Part shown: piece after piece, positions 25,734 to 38,094 of the stretch | How positions within the stretch are numbered: the first letter of the stretch is position 1 | Layout of the letters: every line of letters begins with the position of its first letter | Made by a program: the position numbers and the translations under genes | The notes under the pieces: generated by a model | Database searches by the model: none | What the model saw: the letters and a program-made list of their open reading frames with translations, nothing else | What the model was told of the DNA's origin: nothing | Source: Octopus sinensis | Lineage: Eukaryota | Assembly (NCBI RefSeq): GCF_006345805.1 | Contig: NC_043008.1 | Location: 47,306,001 to 47,370,000 of the forward strand | DNA: 64,000 nucleotides | Direction: 5' to 3'

Positions 25734-27319
25734 CCTGATAGATCAACAACGGAGGGATTGTGCTGTGTGATGGGATGTGGTGAGTGAGTGTTGCTGGGAC
25801 GGCTATCATCTCTTAAGATGAATCAGTCATAATATATAGAGTGGAGTAACAAATAGAAAGTCCTTGATACAGTTCTATTATATTAGAACCAAAAAATGAA
25901 TAGAAGTGACTTTTCTGATAATTTCTCTACTTTACTAATTAGACGTTTCTAACTTTAGAAAAAGTGATTAGGCGTAGATTCGTCTCTACACCGTAGACAT
26001 CGTCAGTGGTGACTAGTCGAACGGCTGATGCTCGGCTAATGCTCCCTGCATATTTATATTTACCATAAAGATTTATACCCAAATCATCCATAAATTTATA
26101 TTGGCAAAATATGTATATATATATATATAACTAAGGAAACAAATTCCTTCAAAGGGGTGGTGTAAAACATCCACTTCACTGGTCCGTCAGTTGAATATCA
26201 TATAAATATGGGTATAATGCAAATTACAAATAATAAATTAAACAAATCTAATTACACAAGACAAATCTATGCTACGACAATTAAAAAAAAAGATATTTGA
26301 AAGATATTTGAAGTCCATGTCAGAGGTCTTTTTCCCTCTGGCTCCGTCTAACGCTCTTCCCAACTTTCTCCTGATGTTACAAGAGGTAAAAACGGATCGG
26401 ATTTTTTTTTAATTTTTAATACTTCAGATTAACTCATTTTAAAATCTCGCGTTAAATCATTCTGACGAGCACAGCAAGAGGACGAAATAGTACTATCTAC
26501 AGCTACCAGAGACATTAAGGAGTTTATCTCATGAAAAGAATTATATAGAAATATTTATATCCTCTTTCTACTCTTCGATAATGGTTTCTCATTGATTCCC
26601 TTAAGTAGCAATTCCCAGTAATTTCACCAAGAATTGCTTCATCTGTTTATTTTTAAATTGCTTGCCGTTTTCGAAACAAAATGGGTGAATATTTCCACAT
26701 CAACAGTTTAAAAAATATAAAATAAATTATATCAACAATATGCATCAAATCTTACGTTGCAAAATATTTGCACAGTCTCTGATTTCACAAAATCGCAATA
26801 TCTAGAATTATTAAGCACGTGCTACGTGTTAAGTCAGACCAGCATTTCTCGGAAATATTGCCATTTTACGTAAACTTGATGATATCCCGAGATATAGCTT
26901 CAGACTTTTCATGCTTAATTGCACACCATACTATTCTATTTTTACACCACAACTGGCAGATATACAATGCATTCATTCCCCTTAATGTTACTTCGCTTGA
27001 TAGAGGCTCTTAGAAGCGCATACAAAAATTGTTTTATGCATATTTATATATTATATATATTCCTACCTTAGTTCATCTAATTGTATATATCTTTCGTTAG
27101 TTTTCATAAAAAAACCTTTACTTTTTCTTTATTTGCAATGTGCATTTTCGTTTATTTATCTTATTTTCCCCTTACATTACCACGTGTAGTTTCTATTTTC
27201 TTTTTGTAACATATTTCTATTATATATATATATATATATACATACATGTATATATGTATATATATATATATATATACACATACATGTATATATGTATATA
27301 TGAATATGATACTTATAAA

Positions 27320-27580
27320 AACCCATAATGAATCATATCTATATTCAAGAATTTTACCGATTCCGAAATTCTTTTGTCGATCCCTGTTATTGTTATAATG
27401 CAAAAAATCTGACTTTCCTAATTTAAAATATGTAAAGTGTAGCAATATGAGATTCCCTAGAAACATGATCGCAACAACAAATATACGTTTCCAATCAATA
27501 ATATATTTAGTCACGGAAGGGAAACTTAATGTTGCAAATTATTTCGCATCAGCTTATTTTCCATTGTAACCGCAATTACA
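27320..27580 (-). repeat. old duplicated segment, paralogous to 21590-21870; possible signal-anchor coding remnant
   Basis: ORF 27161..27514 begins TKYIIDWKRIFVVAIMFLGNLILLHFTYF. Confidence 0.7.
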
Positions 27581-27660
27581 TGCGTGTCGATCTCTCTTAC
27601 TCTCTCCCACTCTCTCTATCTCTCTCTATCTATCTATCTATCTATATTTATCTCTATCTA

Positions 27661-27891
27661 TTTATTTACTACCCACAAGTGGCTAAACACAGATGGGACA
27701 AACAAGGACAGACAAACGGATTAAGTCGATTACATCGACCTCAGTGCGTAACTAGTACTTAATTTATCGACCCCGAAAGGATGAAAGGCAAAGTCGACCT
27801 CGGCGGAATTCGAACTCAGAACGTAACGGCAGACGAAATACGGCTACGCATTTCGCCCGGCGTGCTAACGTTTCTGCCAGCTCACCGCCTT
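27661..27891 (-). mobile_element. SINE family A, near-intact
   Basis: Reverse complement of the 10345-10568 element. Confidence 0.9.
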
Positions 27892-28224
27892 CTATCTCTA
27901 CCTATCTATCTATCTATCTATCTATTCATTTACCTATGTGTGTGTGCATGTATATACATATACATATGTGAGTGTGTGTGTGTACAATTGCTATGCTTAT
28001 TGAAAATTATGCATATAAATCATTGGCAAGCATGTAACTGCGGCCTTCTTTTAAGCTAACACGTCTTATAATGTATTGTGATTAAAAACGTAATACATAA
28101 CTGGGTGAGACAAAGTTACCACAGCAGCGTCGAGCGGAAAACTCTCACACATTTTATCCTAGTTGGATCCTATGACTGATGGGAACACTCACCAATCACA
28201 CTCCGATTTTTATTGTGTTTTTAA

Positions 28225-28580
28225 ACACAGCATGTCCATAAGAAATGTTACCTCAGACAAATCCAGCAGTTACTGGCCTGTCAATACTGTATATACGTAG
28301 TGAATGATACATAGCGGGCTATTTTAATTTAATAATGTTTCAAGTGTGTATACGATGTGCGCCCTCCACACATCCACACGGCGTCACAACAATCGGGATT
28401 GCTTTTCGGAGTTTGGTCACCCCCCCCCCATCTAACTGAGTACCGTTTCCAGGCCAGTTGAGCAGACTTTTTCGTGAACGACCGCCACAACCTTTTCAAT
28501 CGATTCGATTTTAGGAAAAGATCCCACCAGACAAATATCACTCGCACCGAATTTTTAGCACTTCGCACTCTCCATTATGT
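28225..28580 (-). mobile_element. possible degraded Tc1/mariner-superfamily 3' remnant
   Basis: Minus strand RRVDVWRAHI resembles the RLDVCR..GAHIE transposase C-terminus; CAGCATGTCCATAAG resembles a Tc1-type terminus. Confidence 0.35.
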
Positions 28581-29932
28581 TAGACTTTCTACCTCGATCC
28601 TCTCCAATGGTATCCAAATGAAAGCAAGTTGCGAGATTAGTGTTATGCAGTCACTGGTGTCACCTATATTGAAGCCTGCTGATAGAACAAATCACGAGTT
28701 GGCTTTGCAGAAACATGACTTGGCTCAATACAAAATTGATTTTTTTTGTTGTTTGATGTCATATATCTGACTTACGTATATTATTTCGCATGTTGAGTCG
28801 AGACGCAGGCTTTTGATACTCTAAACATTTATTAACTTGTTATTGAGAAGGTTGTAAAAATCTAGTATGTATGTAGATATGTGTTTATGTATGTTTGTAT
28901 TTTGCATATTCCAAAGCGATAGGTTTTTATATCATGTCCGTTTATATATTTCTGTATTGTCAAATGTACATCAGTAAATACTACTGTAGGATGCATCCTT
29001 TCTGATGATTATACCATCAATAACAACAGCAGTTATATTATGGCCGGTTATAACTATTATTAGAAGGAAATAGAATTCTACAGGCGTTATTTCAAAGAAT
29101 TAACCATTTCAATTTGTGTTCTTTTGTTTTTCATATGAGAACAAGAATCAAATATATAACAATAATTGTATGAAATTAAATCTTTGAAAATATGTGAGAT
29201 GTGTTGCCGGTTTATTTAAATAGAGTTTCAGCTTCTGGCTGTTCCGATAAAATATGCAAGATGAAAGCTTTAAGCCAAACAGGAACAAAGAAGCATCACA
29301 TTTTTATTAGCTTTTCTAGCGATTTATTCCCAACTTAAACGAAGGAATATCGAAATACACACCAACAACATTATAAATCTGCTTCCGTTTCTGAGGAATC
29401 TAGAATTTGGCGGTAGGGAAAAACAACATAATTTTCGTGAATGAAAATAATTAACAGAAAACTATAAAACAAAAACCAGTAAAATTGTAAAACAGAACAG
29501 CAGAATTCCTGCATTTGAAAAAGGTCACATGTAATATTTATTGCTTTTACAGCGACATCGATCACGTCATACAGAAAATAATACTTTGAAAGCAAAAATA
29601 AAGCAAGTAATAAAATGATTGAAATTGTTATCACATATTTGTTTAGAATATTTTCAAGACACTATGTCTAGGATAACAATAAAAATTTCAAAGGAAATGT
29701 TTCACCAGAATGAAGGCCTGCTGCAGTGGATTCCCCGTTGGGCTACTGCACTTCCGACTTATTTATGTATGAGTGAAATCAATTCTAAAATATATTACGA
29801 TATTACGACAAAGAACTTTTTGAAAATAGTTCCACATGTCTGCTACCGATACTGGTGCTTCCTTAATGTTTTATCAATCATATAGAATTGCTTCAAACAA
29901 CATGTTTGAAGTGTGATGTAACACATCCAAAT

Positions 29933-30030
<98 letters not shown>

Positions 30031-30033
30031 GGA

Positions 30034-30225
30034 GAGATTCAAATGAATATGGTACTTAAGTCAGATGCACCAGAATTTTGTATGGTGTTATCCATATAAA
30101 TCCATGGGGTGATTATAATCAAAATAAGCAACAAGAATATCTTCGGTAATTTGGTACGATCGTACATTGTACGATCGTACATTGTAAGTATTACAACAGT
30201 TTTAAAATGTTGAGCAATCATCAGC
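30034..30225 (+). mobile_element. unclassified dispersed repeat (segments A+B) flanked by (TA)n/(GA)n
   Basis: Homologous to 38435-38643 and to the outer ~100 bp of both arms of the 50.4-54.3 kb palindrome. Confidence 0.75.
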
Positions 30226-30431
30226 CATTTACAGAGGTTTATATATATATAAGGATATATATATAATAGTTATCGCCATACTAATATGGCATTCTTATAA
30301 AAATAAGAAAAAAGCTGTCCGCTTATTAGCTCCATGAGGCCATCGCCTTAAGTTAGCTATTTGATACACAAACTGTATCCATATAACCTTCGCACAAGGG
30401 AGGTCAGCCGCTCCACACTACTTGACCGGCA

Positions 30432-30473
30432 GCTACAGACGCGTTTCGGAGTATTGCCCCTTTTCAATGCAGC
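30432..30473 (-). ncRNA. minimal type I hammerhead ribozyme with U3-A8 core variant
   Basis: Minus strand GCTGCA-TTGAAAA-GGGG CAATA CTCC-GAAA-CGC-GTC-TGTAGC: 6-bp helix I, 4-bp helix II, palindromic ACGCGT helix III, GUC site. Confidence 0.65.
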
Positions 30474-30566
30474 GTAGCCAGCCAGTAGGTGTCGCTTCCG
30501 ACAATCTCTGTTCGATGGTTTTATTTACCTAGTTTCGGTGGAATATATATATATATCCACAAGTGG

Positions 30567-30623
<57 letters not shown>

Positions 30624-30960
30624 TATATATGCACATATACACACATACATATATATGTATGTATGTATGTAAGTGTGTGTGTGTGCGTCGTAATAGCAAA
30701 GATACAAAGAATCAAGCAGAGCTCCCATTCGGCTCTCTGTCAGGTGCTTGGCTAACAAGAATCAGCGTGGTTAAATTCCAGGAGTTGCAATGGTGGGGAG
30801 TATGCTTATGAATAAAACAGACAAGGGACGCGAAGGGCTGATAGAATGGATGTATATTCCATTCGCTTACAGTTTCATAACCATTTAGTTATATAGTAAT
30901 ATAACATCAACATTCGCACGTATATAAAATATACATATATAAAACACAGAAAGCCCCCCC

Positions 30961-31275
30961 CCCCAACGTCGGTCACGAATGACCATGGGATTACACGTAG
31001 AAAGTTCCCCTCCTAAGCACAAGGCCGACCGAGGTTGTTTGTGAAAGACCAGCAGTCGCCCATGCATAGCAGCCTCCCCTCTCCACACCACCAGTGTTAT
31101 CCACGGGAAAAGTAATGGCCGATACAGCATGGCACCAGTGACGTCGCAACTCATTTCTAAAGATAATTGAACTAGAGCAACGTGAAATAAAGTGTCTTGC
31201 TTAAGGACACAACACACAGGGCGGTCCGGGGATCGAACTCACGACTTCATGATCGTAAGCTCAATGCTCTAACAA
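30961..31275 (-). mobile_element. SINE with family B-like head/core and a different tail
   Basis: GAGCAACGTGAAATAAAGTGTCTTGCTTAAGGACACAAC core and GATCGAACTC box B on the minus strand. Confidence 0.75.
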
Positions 31276-31830
31276 CAGGCTAACCTTCCGTACTACTCAT
31301 TGTTTTCAAAACGCCAACTCTCCTACCGAAAACAAACTGCTCTAATATATATGTCTCAAAGGTGATAAATCTACTCAGCAGGTTGCTTTCAGGAGGCAAG
31401 GCCCATAGATCAAAACAGATTCAGAGAAAGAAGAAGGAGATAAATACGACAGAGTCAGCTAATCTGATATATCAAGAAACAAAAAAAATTAAAGAACCAG
31501 AAAATAATATATAAATGCAAACCAGAAAAATAAATTTCTAAACGAAAATGGCTTCTACAGGAGAAATGCTTATTAAAAATAGATCTATTTTCTAAAGAAA
31601 GGTGAATTGACTATTCTCCTATAAATTTGAATCAATGCTTCTCCAGCGGGGTCGATAAATCTCTAAGGGTGTATATGACCCTTGGGGGTGCATATGGCCC
31701 TTGGGGGGGGGGGGCATATGGCACTTCAGAGTCAAATAGGATTTTGTTGTTAAAATGTATCGACAATAAATTGGTTGTCTTGCTACAGTACAGAAATTAC
31801 TTTAATTTTTTATACAACTCCTAATAATAG

Positions 31831-31988
31831 GGTTCTCTATTTAAGAGATGAGGAATTATGTACGTTATTTATATTATTTACATTTGACAGATATTTGTCC
31901 TCATCTTGTTTGTTGGGCATCTGGGGTAGTGGTTAAGAGCGCGGGCTGCTAACCCCAAGATTCCGAGTTCGATCCCAGGTAGTGACCT

Positions 31989-32043
<55 letters not shown>

Positions 32044-32185
32044 GATAATAATAACATCGAAAATTACTAAAGGAAGGAGAACCCAAGACACCTGATGAAG
32101 GATGGAGGGTATATCAACCAAAACGTTGTGTTAACAACAAACAAGATGAAGACAAATATCCGTCAAATGTAAATAATGTAAATAA
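31831..32185 (+). mobile_element. tRNA-headed SINE-like element with (AAT)n linker, hammerhead-bearing tail and inverted tail copy at the 5' end
   Basis: 31831-31916 is a reverse-complement tail segment that overlaps 32133-32185 in sequence; head 31917-31985 has a tRNA-Ser(GCT)-like anticodon arm and box B. Confidence 0.85.
32087..32132 (+). ncRNA. degenerate minimal type I hammerhead
   Basis: GACAC-CTGATGA-A-GGATG..CAACC-AAAA-CG-TT-GTGTT; G12 mutated in this copy. Confidence 0.5.
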
Positions 32186-32519
32186 TGAATTCCGAATAAC
32201 ATTTAATTATGAAAATATATGATTCTCTTTGGAATCCTCGAATGGCTAAGAGGTTCCAGCTGAGTAATTCATAGGTAAAAAGTGGTTGGAAAACACTGAT
32301 TTAAATGAATGAAGCAGATGTTAAGGGAAGAAAATATAAATAAAACCACCAGAAGCTTCTAAGACATAATTATAATAAGAAGAATTGAGGAAAAGAAAAG
32401 AACAAATTAAGGTTTAGAAACCAAAGAGGAGGAATGAGATTTGGAATTTCACGCATCGTTGATTTTGAAGAATAGAGGCGTTATTATTATGTATCTTAGA
32501 TCACTTAGATATGGTTACA

Positions 32520-32735
32520 CATGTGTGTCTTTGAGTTCGTATTTATTCCCCATTTCTTGACAACCGATGCTGGTTTGCTTACATCCCCCTAATTTAGTAG
32601 TTCGGCAACAGTTATCGATAAACTAAGCACGAGGCTTTAAAAACACAAGAATTGGGACTGATTTGTTCGAATGAGTCCTACAAGGCAGTATGTCACATCA
32701 TGGCTGCAGTCCAATGACTGAGACAGCTAAAAGAT
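32520..32735 (+). mobile_element. SINE family C tail, old
   Basis: CTTGACAACCGATGCTGGT...GTTCGGCAA...CATGGCTGCAGTCCAATGACTGAGACA. Confidence 0.65.
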
Positions 32736-32805
32736 AAATGACTATATACTTACATGAATGTGGGCTTGAGTGTGTGTGTGTGTGCGTACAAGCGTATGTG
32801 TGTAA

Positions 32806-32839
<34 letters not shown>

Positions 32840-32842
32840 ATG

Positions 32843-32884
<42 letters not shown>

Positions 32885-32950
32885 TGATAGACTTTCACTG
32901 AGATACCTTGTATCAATTTAGTTCCAGTCGATTAATGAATATTTTATCTA

Positions 32951-33868
32951 CGAGATGCATCCAAATTGTATCCGACTTTATTTTTCCTGCCAAAACTAAT
33001 GCTGCGTGAGTAAGAATAAAATGGATCTGAGTAACGCCGCGCTCTCTGCGCAGGACCGGAAAGTTTCTCGGCGGTCGTACTCGTCAGTTCCCGGCTGTTC
33101 CGCCTACAGTACAGGCGTGTAGGATGCGCTCGTGGGATTTCATTTTCATGCAAGATGATAGAATGCATAGAGCAGAAATACTGCATCACGTTTTGTTAAA
33201 AACTTGGTGATACTCAGGCTCAAGCTATCCAGAAGATTCCCCAGGCCTTTGGTGATGATGCCTTGAGCAAAACTCAGAAGCAAAGAGTGGTACAACTGTG
33301 TCAATTATGGCTTCACCACATTGGAGAGGGCGGCACGCCCAGGCAGGCCATCCACAAACCGCAACGACGAGCCGATTGAGAAGATTGGCGAATACACATG
33401 GAAGATTGTCGTGTAACAGGCAAGGAAATTGCTCACGAAATGAAAATAAACACAAGATCAATGCATTAAGTTTTAACGGAGGGTTTGTGCATGCGCAGAG
33501 TTTGGGGCAAAATTCGTACTAGTGGAGCTGCAGATGCAACTCCGCATGGAAATCGCTCAGAACCTGCTGAACTGTGCAAACCATGACACAGATTTCATAA
33601 AGACTATCATCGGTGCTGATGAGACCAGGGCTTATGGTCTTTGTTCGTTGCATTCGGTCATCTTGCGCGAAAATGAAAATCCGATGAGCGCGCACAGCAC
33701 GTGTGTATTTTAAGGGTAAAAGCCGGGAAATGACGCGCCGACAGGCGCAAAAATTCTTACTCTTGCACAAAAAGTGTGGCCTCACCTTTCACTCAAATGA
33801 TTTTTCCGACACCGCATTGGTTTTTCGGCGAGAAAAAATAAAGTCGAATACATTTTGAACGCACCTCG
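32951..33868 (+). mobile_element. non-autonomous mariner made of two 5' ends, TA TSD
   Basis: ~45-bp TIRs; + strand MIECIEQKYCITFC*KLGDT...AFGDDALSKTQ and RMEIAQNLL...IIGADET; the right end on the minus strand restarts MTECNEQR. Confidence 0.85.
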
Positions 33869-34150
33869 TATTAAACTTAATTTTCAAATGATGTGAATTT
33901 TGTTAGTGAACGCGTTTAAGTCGAGCCCTACGGTTACAATCTGGATTACAATCACCTATAATTCAAAATATGAAGCCATATGAAGCCAATAATTAACGCA
34001 TGAGACCGATTCCAGGATTGGATCTTCCCTGAGATTGCTTATAAATCATTCCCAGAATACCTTATGAGTCATTAGCAAAAATATTTAACACCTTATGTGT
34101 CAGATGCCCTGGTTATTAGAACATTTCTCTGGATCTATTCATAAGATATA

Positions 34151-34718
34151 CGTGGGTGAGTCAAAAAGTAATGCCATTTTGTTTAGAACAAGTATAATTA
34201 CCAACACACGGACATGTATCCTACATCAAAATGAAGCTGGTCCTATGTGGATCACTTCCCTACTTCGCAACATAGTCACAGTTTCTCTCAATAGCAATGT
34301 TCCACCTTCGAATGAGAGCATATATCCCTGCCCTGTAAAATTCTGTTGACTCTTTTCTGAGCCCCTTCTTCACTACAGTTTTCACTTCCTCGTCACTGGA
34401 ATAAGGTTTGTCTCTCAAAACCTCTTTCATGGTGCCGAAGAGATGATAGTCTGAAGGTGCTAAATTATTCCAGTGACGAGGAAGAGAAAACTGTTGCGAA
34501 GAATTGGTTCAAAGAACAGTCAGCAGAATTTTGCGGGGCAGGGATATATGCTCTCATTCGAAGATGGAACGTTATTATTGAGAGAAACAGTGACTATGTA
34601 GAAAAGTAGGGACGTGATCCAAAGAGGACCGGCTTCATTTTGATGTATGATGCATGTTCCTGTGTTGGTAATTATACCTGTCCTAAACAAAATGGCATTA
34701 CTTTTTGACTCAGCATCG
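34151..34718. mobile_element. mariner-derived MITE made of two 3' ends (~250-bp arms), TA TSD
   Basis: 34260-34463(-) LAPSDYHLFGTMKEVL...RRWNIAIERNCDYVAK*; 34466-34609(+) YSSDEEEKTVAKNWFKEQ...RRWNVIIERNSDYVEK*. Confidence 0.9.
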
Positions 34719-35793
34719 TATTTCCGATAGGCCGTCTTGAAAGAGTTATAAGTATCTTGACCATGAACACAGTTCGACGTCGGTACCAGATAGAAATGAT
34801 CGATTTTTAGACTGCCAATCCAACATATTATCGATTCGTTCAGTGGGGCCTCTAAAATATTTATTGTGGCCAGTTGCCATTCTACGAAGCTTATTGATTT
34901 TATTTTTACATTACCTGATATTATCAATTAATTGCCATTATCTTTTGTTTCGTTTATCACAAACTTCCGTTCCTTAACTCTCCCTCTCTCCCTCTCTCTC
35001 TCTCTCTCACTCTCTTTCCCTATCACTCTCTCCTCTTCCTCTTTCTTTGACACACGTCCTCTCTCTTTCCCTCTCTCTTTCCTTATCACTCTCTCCTCTT
35101 CCTCTTTCTTTGACACACACCTTCTCTCTCTCGCTCTCTCCTCCCACATTTTCTCATAATCTTTTGTCCCCTCTTCCCGTTCGCTGTTTTTCTTTTTCTA
35201 ATTTCATCTCTTACTTTACCTACATCACTTTGTCTCTATGTCTATCTGACTAACGATAACCAGCTGTCATCGTAAATACAGATAAAGTATCATGAAGCGA
35301 ATTATTATTGATTCCCCTCCTCCATTTTACTAAGCTTTCAGTCAAACAAAATATACATTTCAAAGTCACTGAATGAAAGTCCCCCCAGAACAAGTCAATA
35401 TGGCATAATGGCTTCTCTTCACCGATAAAATCTGAATATCGCCCAATATCTCATACATGTGTGTGTGTGTGTGTTGTGTGTGTGTCTGTCTGTCTGTCTG
35501 TCTGTGTGTATGTCTGTCTGTCTGTGTGGATGTGTGTGTGTGCTAGAGAGCATATATACACGTATATGCATACATGCATTATTTATATTAGTATATGTAT
35601 ATATATATATATGAATGTATGCATGTATGTATGTATGTATGCATGCATATACATATGTATATATGTATGTATACGTGTGTGGGTGTGTATAATAGCAGAG
35701 TTTGGATTATAGGATGTAGAAATGCAGTTAAGAAAAGGAGATACAGGAAATATTAACCTCACTCACACACACGAAGATAGAGAGATAGATAGG

Positions 35794-35829
<36 letters not shown>

Positions 35830-35944
35830 GAGACAGACAGATAGATAGACAGACATACAGACAGACAGACACATAGAGAGAGAAAGAGAGAGATGCACTT
35901 GTTCATATGTTTCTGAGTAATAGGAGTTAAGCGATTCCTACCTG

Positions 35945-36018
<74 letters not shown>

Positions 36019-36689
36019 TCTGTTCCTTAAATACCTTCATTGCAATTAGTGTGTATCAACTAAAAATGTCGTTAGCTGTTAATAAAACCTTGCTATTGCC
36101 ACTGAAAGAAAAGAAAACAACCATTCATACCATTCACATCGTTCAGTCTCGCATTTTTTAAAGCATTCTATTTCTTTCCCATTCTCCTCTTATTTCCATT
36201 CTTTTTTGTTTAAATTGTTTTAAGGAAACGACTTTGTTATTCGTTCAGTGTGCACAAACTGTGAAATTGCGTAAAGTGGAATTATGAGACCGACACGGTG
36301 TTTCCACTTGCTCAGGTGTTTTTCAGCTTAAATCAATAATTATACCTTTGTACGTGTGTGTTTGTATTATGTCTTGTTGTTATTATTATTATTGTTTTTT
36401 GCATTAATATTCGTAGTATTTTTTTTTGTATTTATATTCGTGTAACATCGTCTGTATTTCTTTCCTTGTTTCGTACACATTCGATCCTTTTCCGAGGAAT
36501 CTAATGCTCTTAGCTTAGTTTTTCCTTGGGGCTGGTCAGATTGGATCAATCTTAAGATTAATCAGCGAAAATTGCGAGGATGATCCGGTTCTTGACTGAA
36601 GATTAAAGGCTTCGAATGACCCGTCCGTGTTTTTTGTATCGTCTATTTGGATGTTTTGCGTTCTTGTCCCATTTTGTATATATATATAT

Positions 36690-37100
36690 AGTGCAGGAGT
36701 GGTTGTGTGGTAAGAAACTTATCCACATGATTCTGGGTTCAGTTCCATTGCGTGGCAACTTGGGCAAGTGTTTTCTACTATTGCCTCGGGCCGACCAAAG
36801 CCTTGTGAGTGTATTTGGAAAATGGAAACTGAAAGAATCCCACCGTATGAACATATATATATATGTGTGTGTGTGCGTGTGTGTGTGTGTGTATTTGTGT
36901 GTTTGTATTAATATCCCCCACCATTGCCTGACAACCGATGTTGGTGTGTTTAAAACCCCGTATCTTCGCGGTTCGGCATGAAAGAACGATAGAATAAGTA
37001 CTAGGATTACAAAGAATAAGTGTTGGGGTTGATTTGTTCGACTACAGGAGGTGACCCAGGATGACTGCAGTCAAATGACTGAAACAAGTAAAAGAATATA
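36690..37100 (+). mobile_element. SINE family C (head, internal microsatellite, tail)
   Basis: GCAGGAGTGGTTGTGTGGTAAG...GGGTTCAGTTCCATTGCGTGGC..TTGGGCAAGTG...GCCGACCAAAGCCTTGTGAGT. Confidence 0.8.
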
Positions 37101-37160
37101 AGAAAAAAAACATATATGTGTGTGTGTGTATATATATATGTATATGCGTATGTATGTATG

Positions 37161-37191
<31 letters not shown>

Positions 37192-37237
37192 TATGTGTGT
37201 GTGTGTATATATATATGTATATGCGTATGTATGTATG

Positions 37238-37303
<66 letters not shown>

Positions 37304-37687
37304 GTATATGTGTGTGTGCGCGTGCGCGCATGCGTGTGAGTATATGACAATATCTCTTAAAACGCCATTTAAAAGGAAATAGCTTCTGTGTGGTTTGCAA
37401 ACAGTCCTCTATTAAAGTATTTTGGGGGCGGGCACTTTCTGTTGTTTATATTTGCCATTGTGCTCTTCTTTGTTTTGGCATAAAATATGCTTTTCAACAT
37501 GGCTAGAGTCAAATCATTCATGCACCACGTCTCACCAACTAAAGACCATTATCGATTTTTAAAAATGTTTACGTTGCATTGATACTTAATTAAATATTGC
37601 CAAAAAAGAGCACCTACATTTCTCTCTCTCTCTCTCTCTCTCTGTATCTCTCCCTCTCGCTCTCTCTCTCTCACACACGCACACACA

Positions 37688-37721
<34 letters not shown>

Positions 37722-38094
37722 CGTTCTCTCCCTCTCTTTCTGTCACTCTCTAACTTTGCTAGACAGCCGGAATGACTCTCTCGCAGAGAACTGTCGGTAA
37801 CTAGTGAATCACCAAGTTTAGACAAATAAATGCACTGCTATATTCGCAGGCATTTCGTATGCATACGTACTTGCATATATAAGTATATTTATAATACCTG
37901 TATGCGTTTATATATTTATATATGTATGTATGCATGTATGTGTGCATGTATGTATGTATGTATGTATATATGTATGTAAGTGTGTGTTTATGTATGCATG
38001 CATGTACGTGTGTGTGTGCATGAATGTATTTATGTATGTATGCATGTATGTATGTATATATGTATGCGCTTATGTATATATATATGTATGTATA

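Larger units (their letters stand above)
31633..32298. mobile_element. hAT-like MITE interrupted by a SINE-like insertion
   Basis: Imperfect TIR CAATGCTTCTCCAGC / GGTTGGAAAACACTG; 8-bp TSD ATTTGAAT / ATTTAAAT. Confidence 0.6.

Noticed and set aside
26462-26497. CTGACGA...GAAA-TAGTACTA-TC hammerhead-like core
   Set aside because: Helix I does not form and helix II is mismatched.
31917-31985. tRNA-Ser-like sequence as a tRNA gene
   Set aside because: It lacks a complete acceptor stem and is the head of a repeated element; the same applies to the other SINE heads.
37116-37300. Tandem duplication of a ~77-bp compound microsatellite block
   Set aside because: Ordinary slippage or unequal exchange, or assembly noise.
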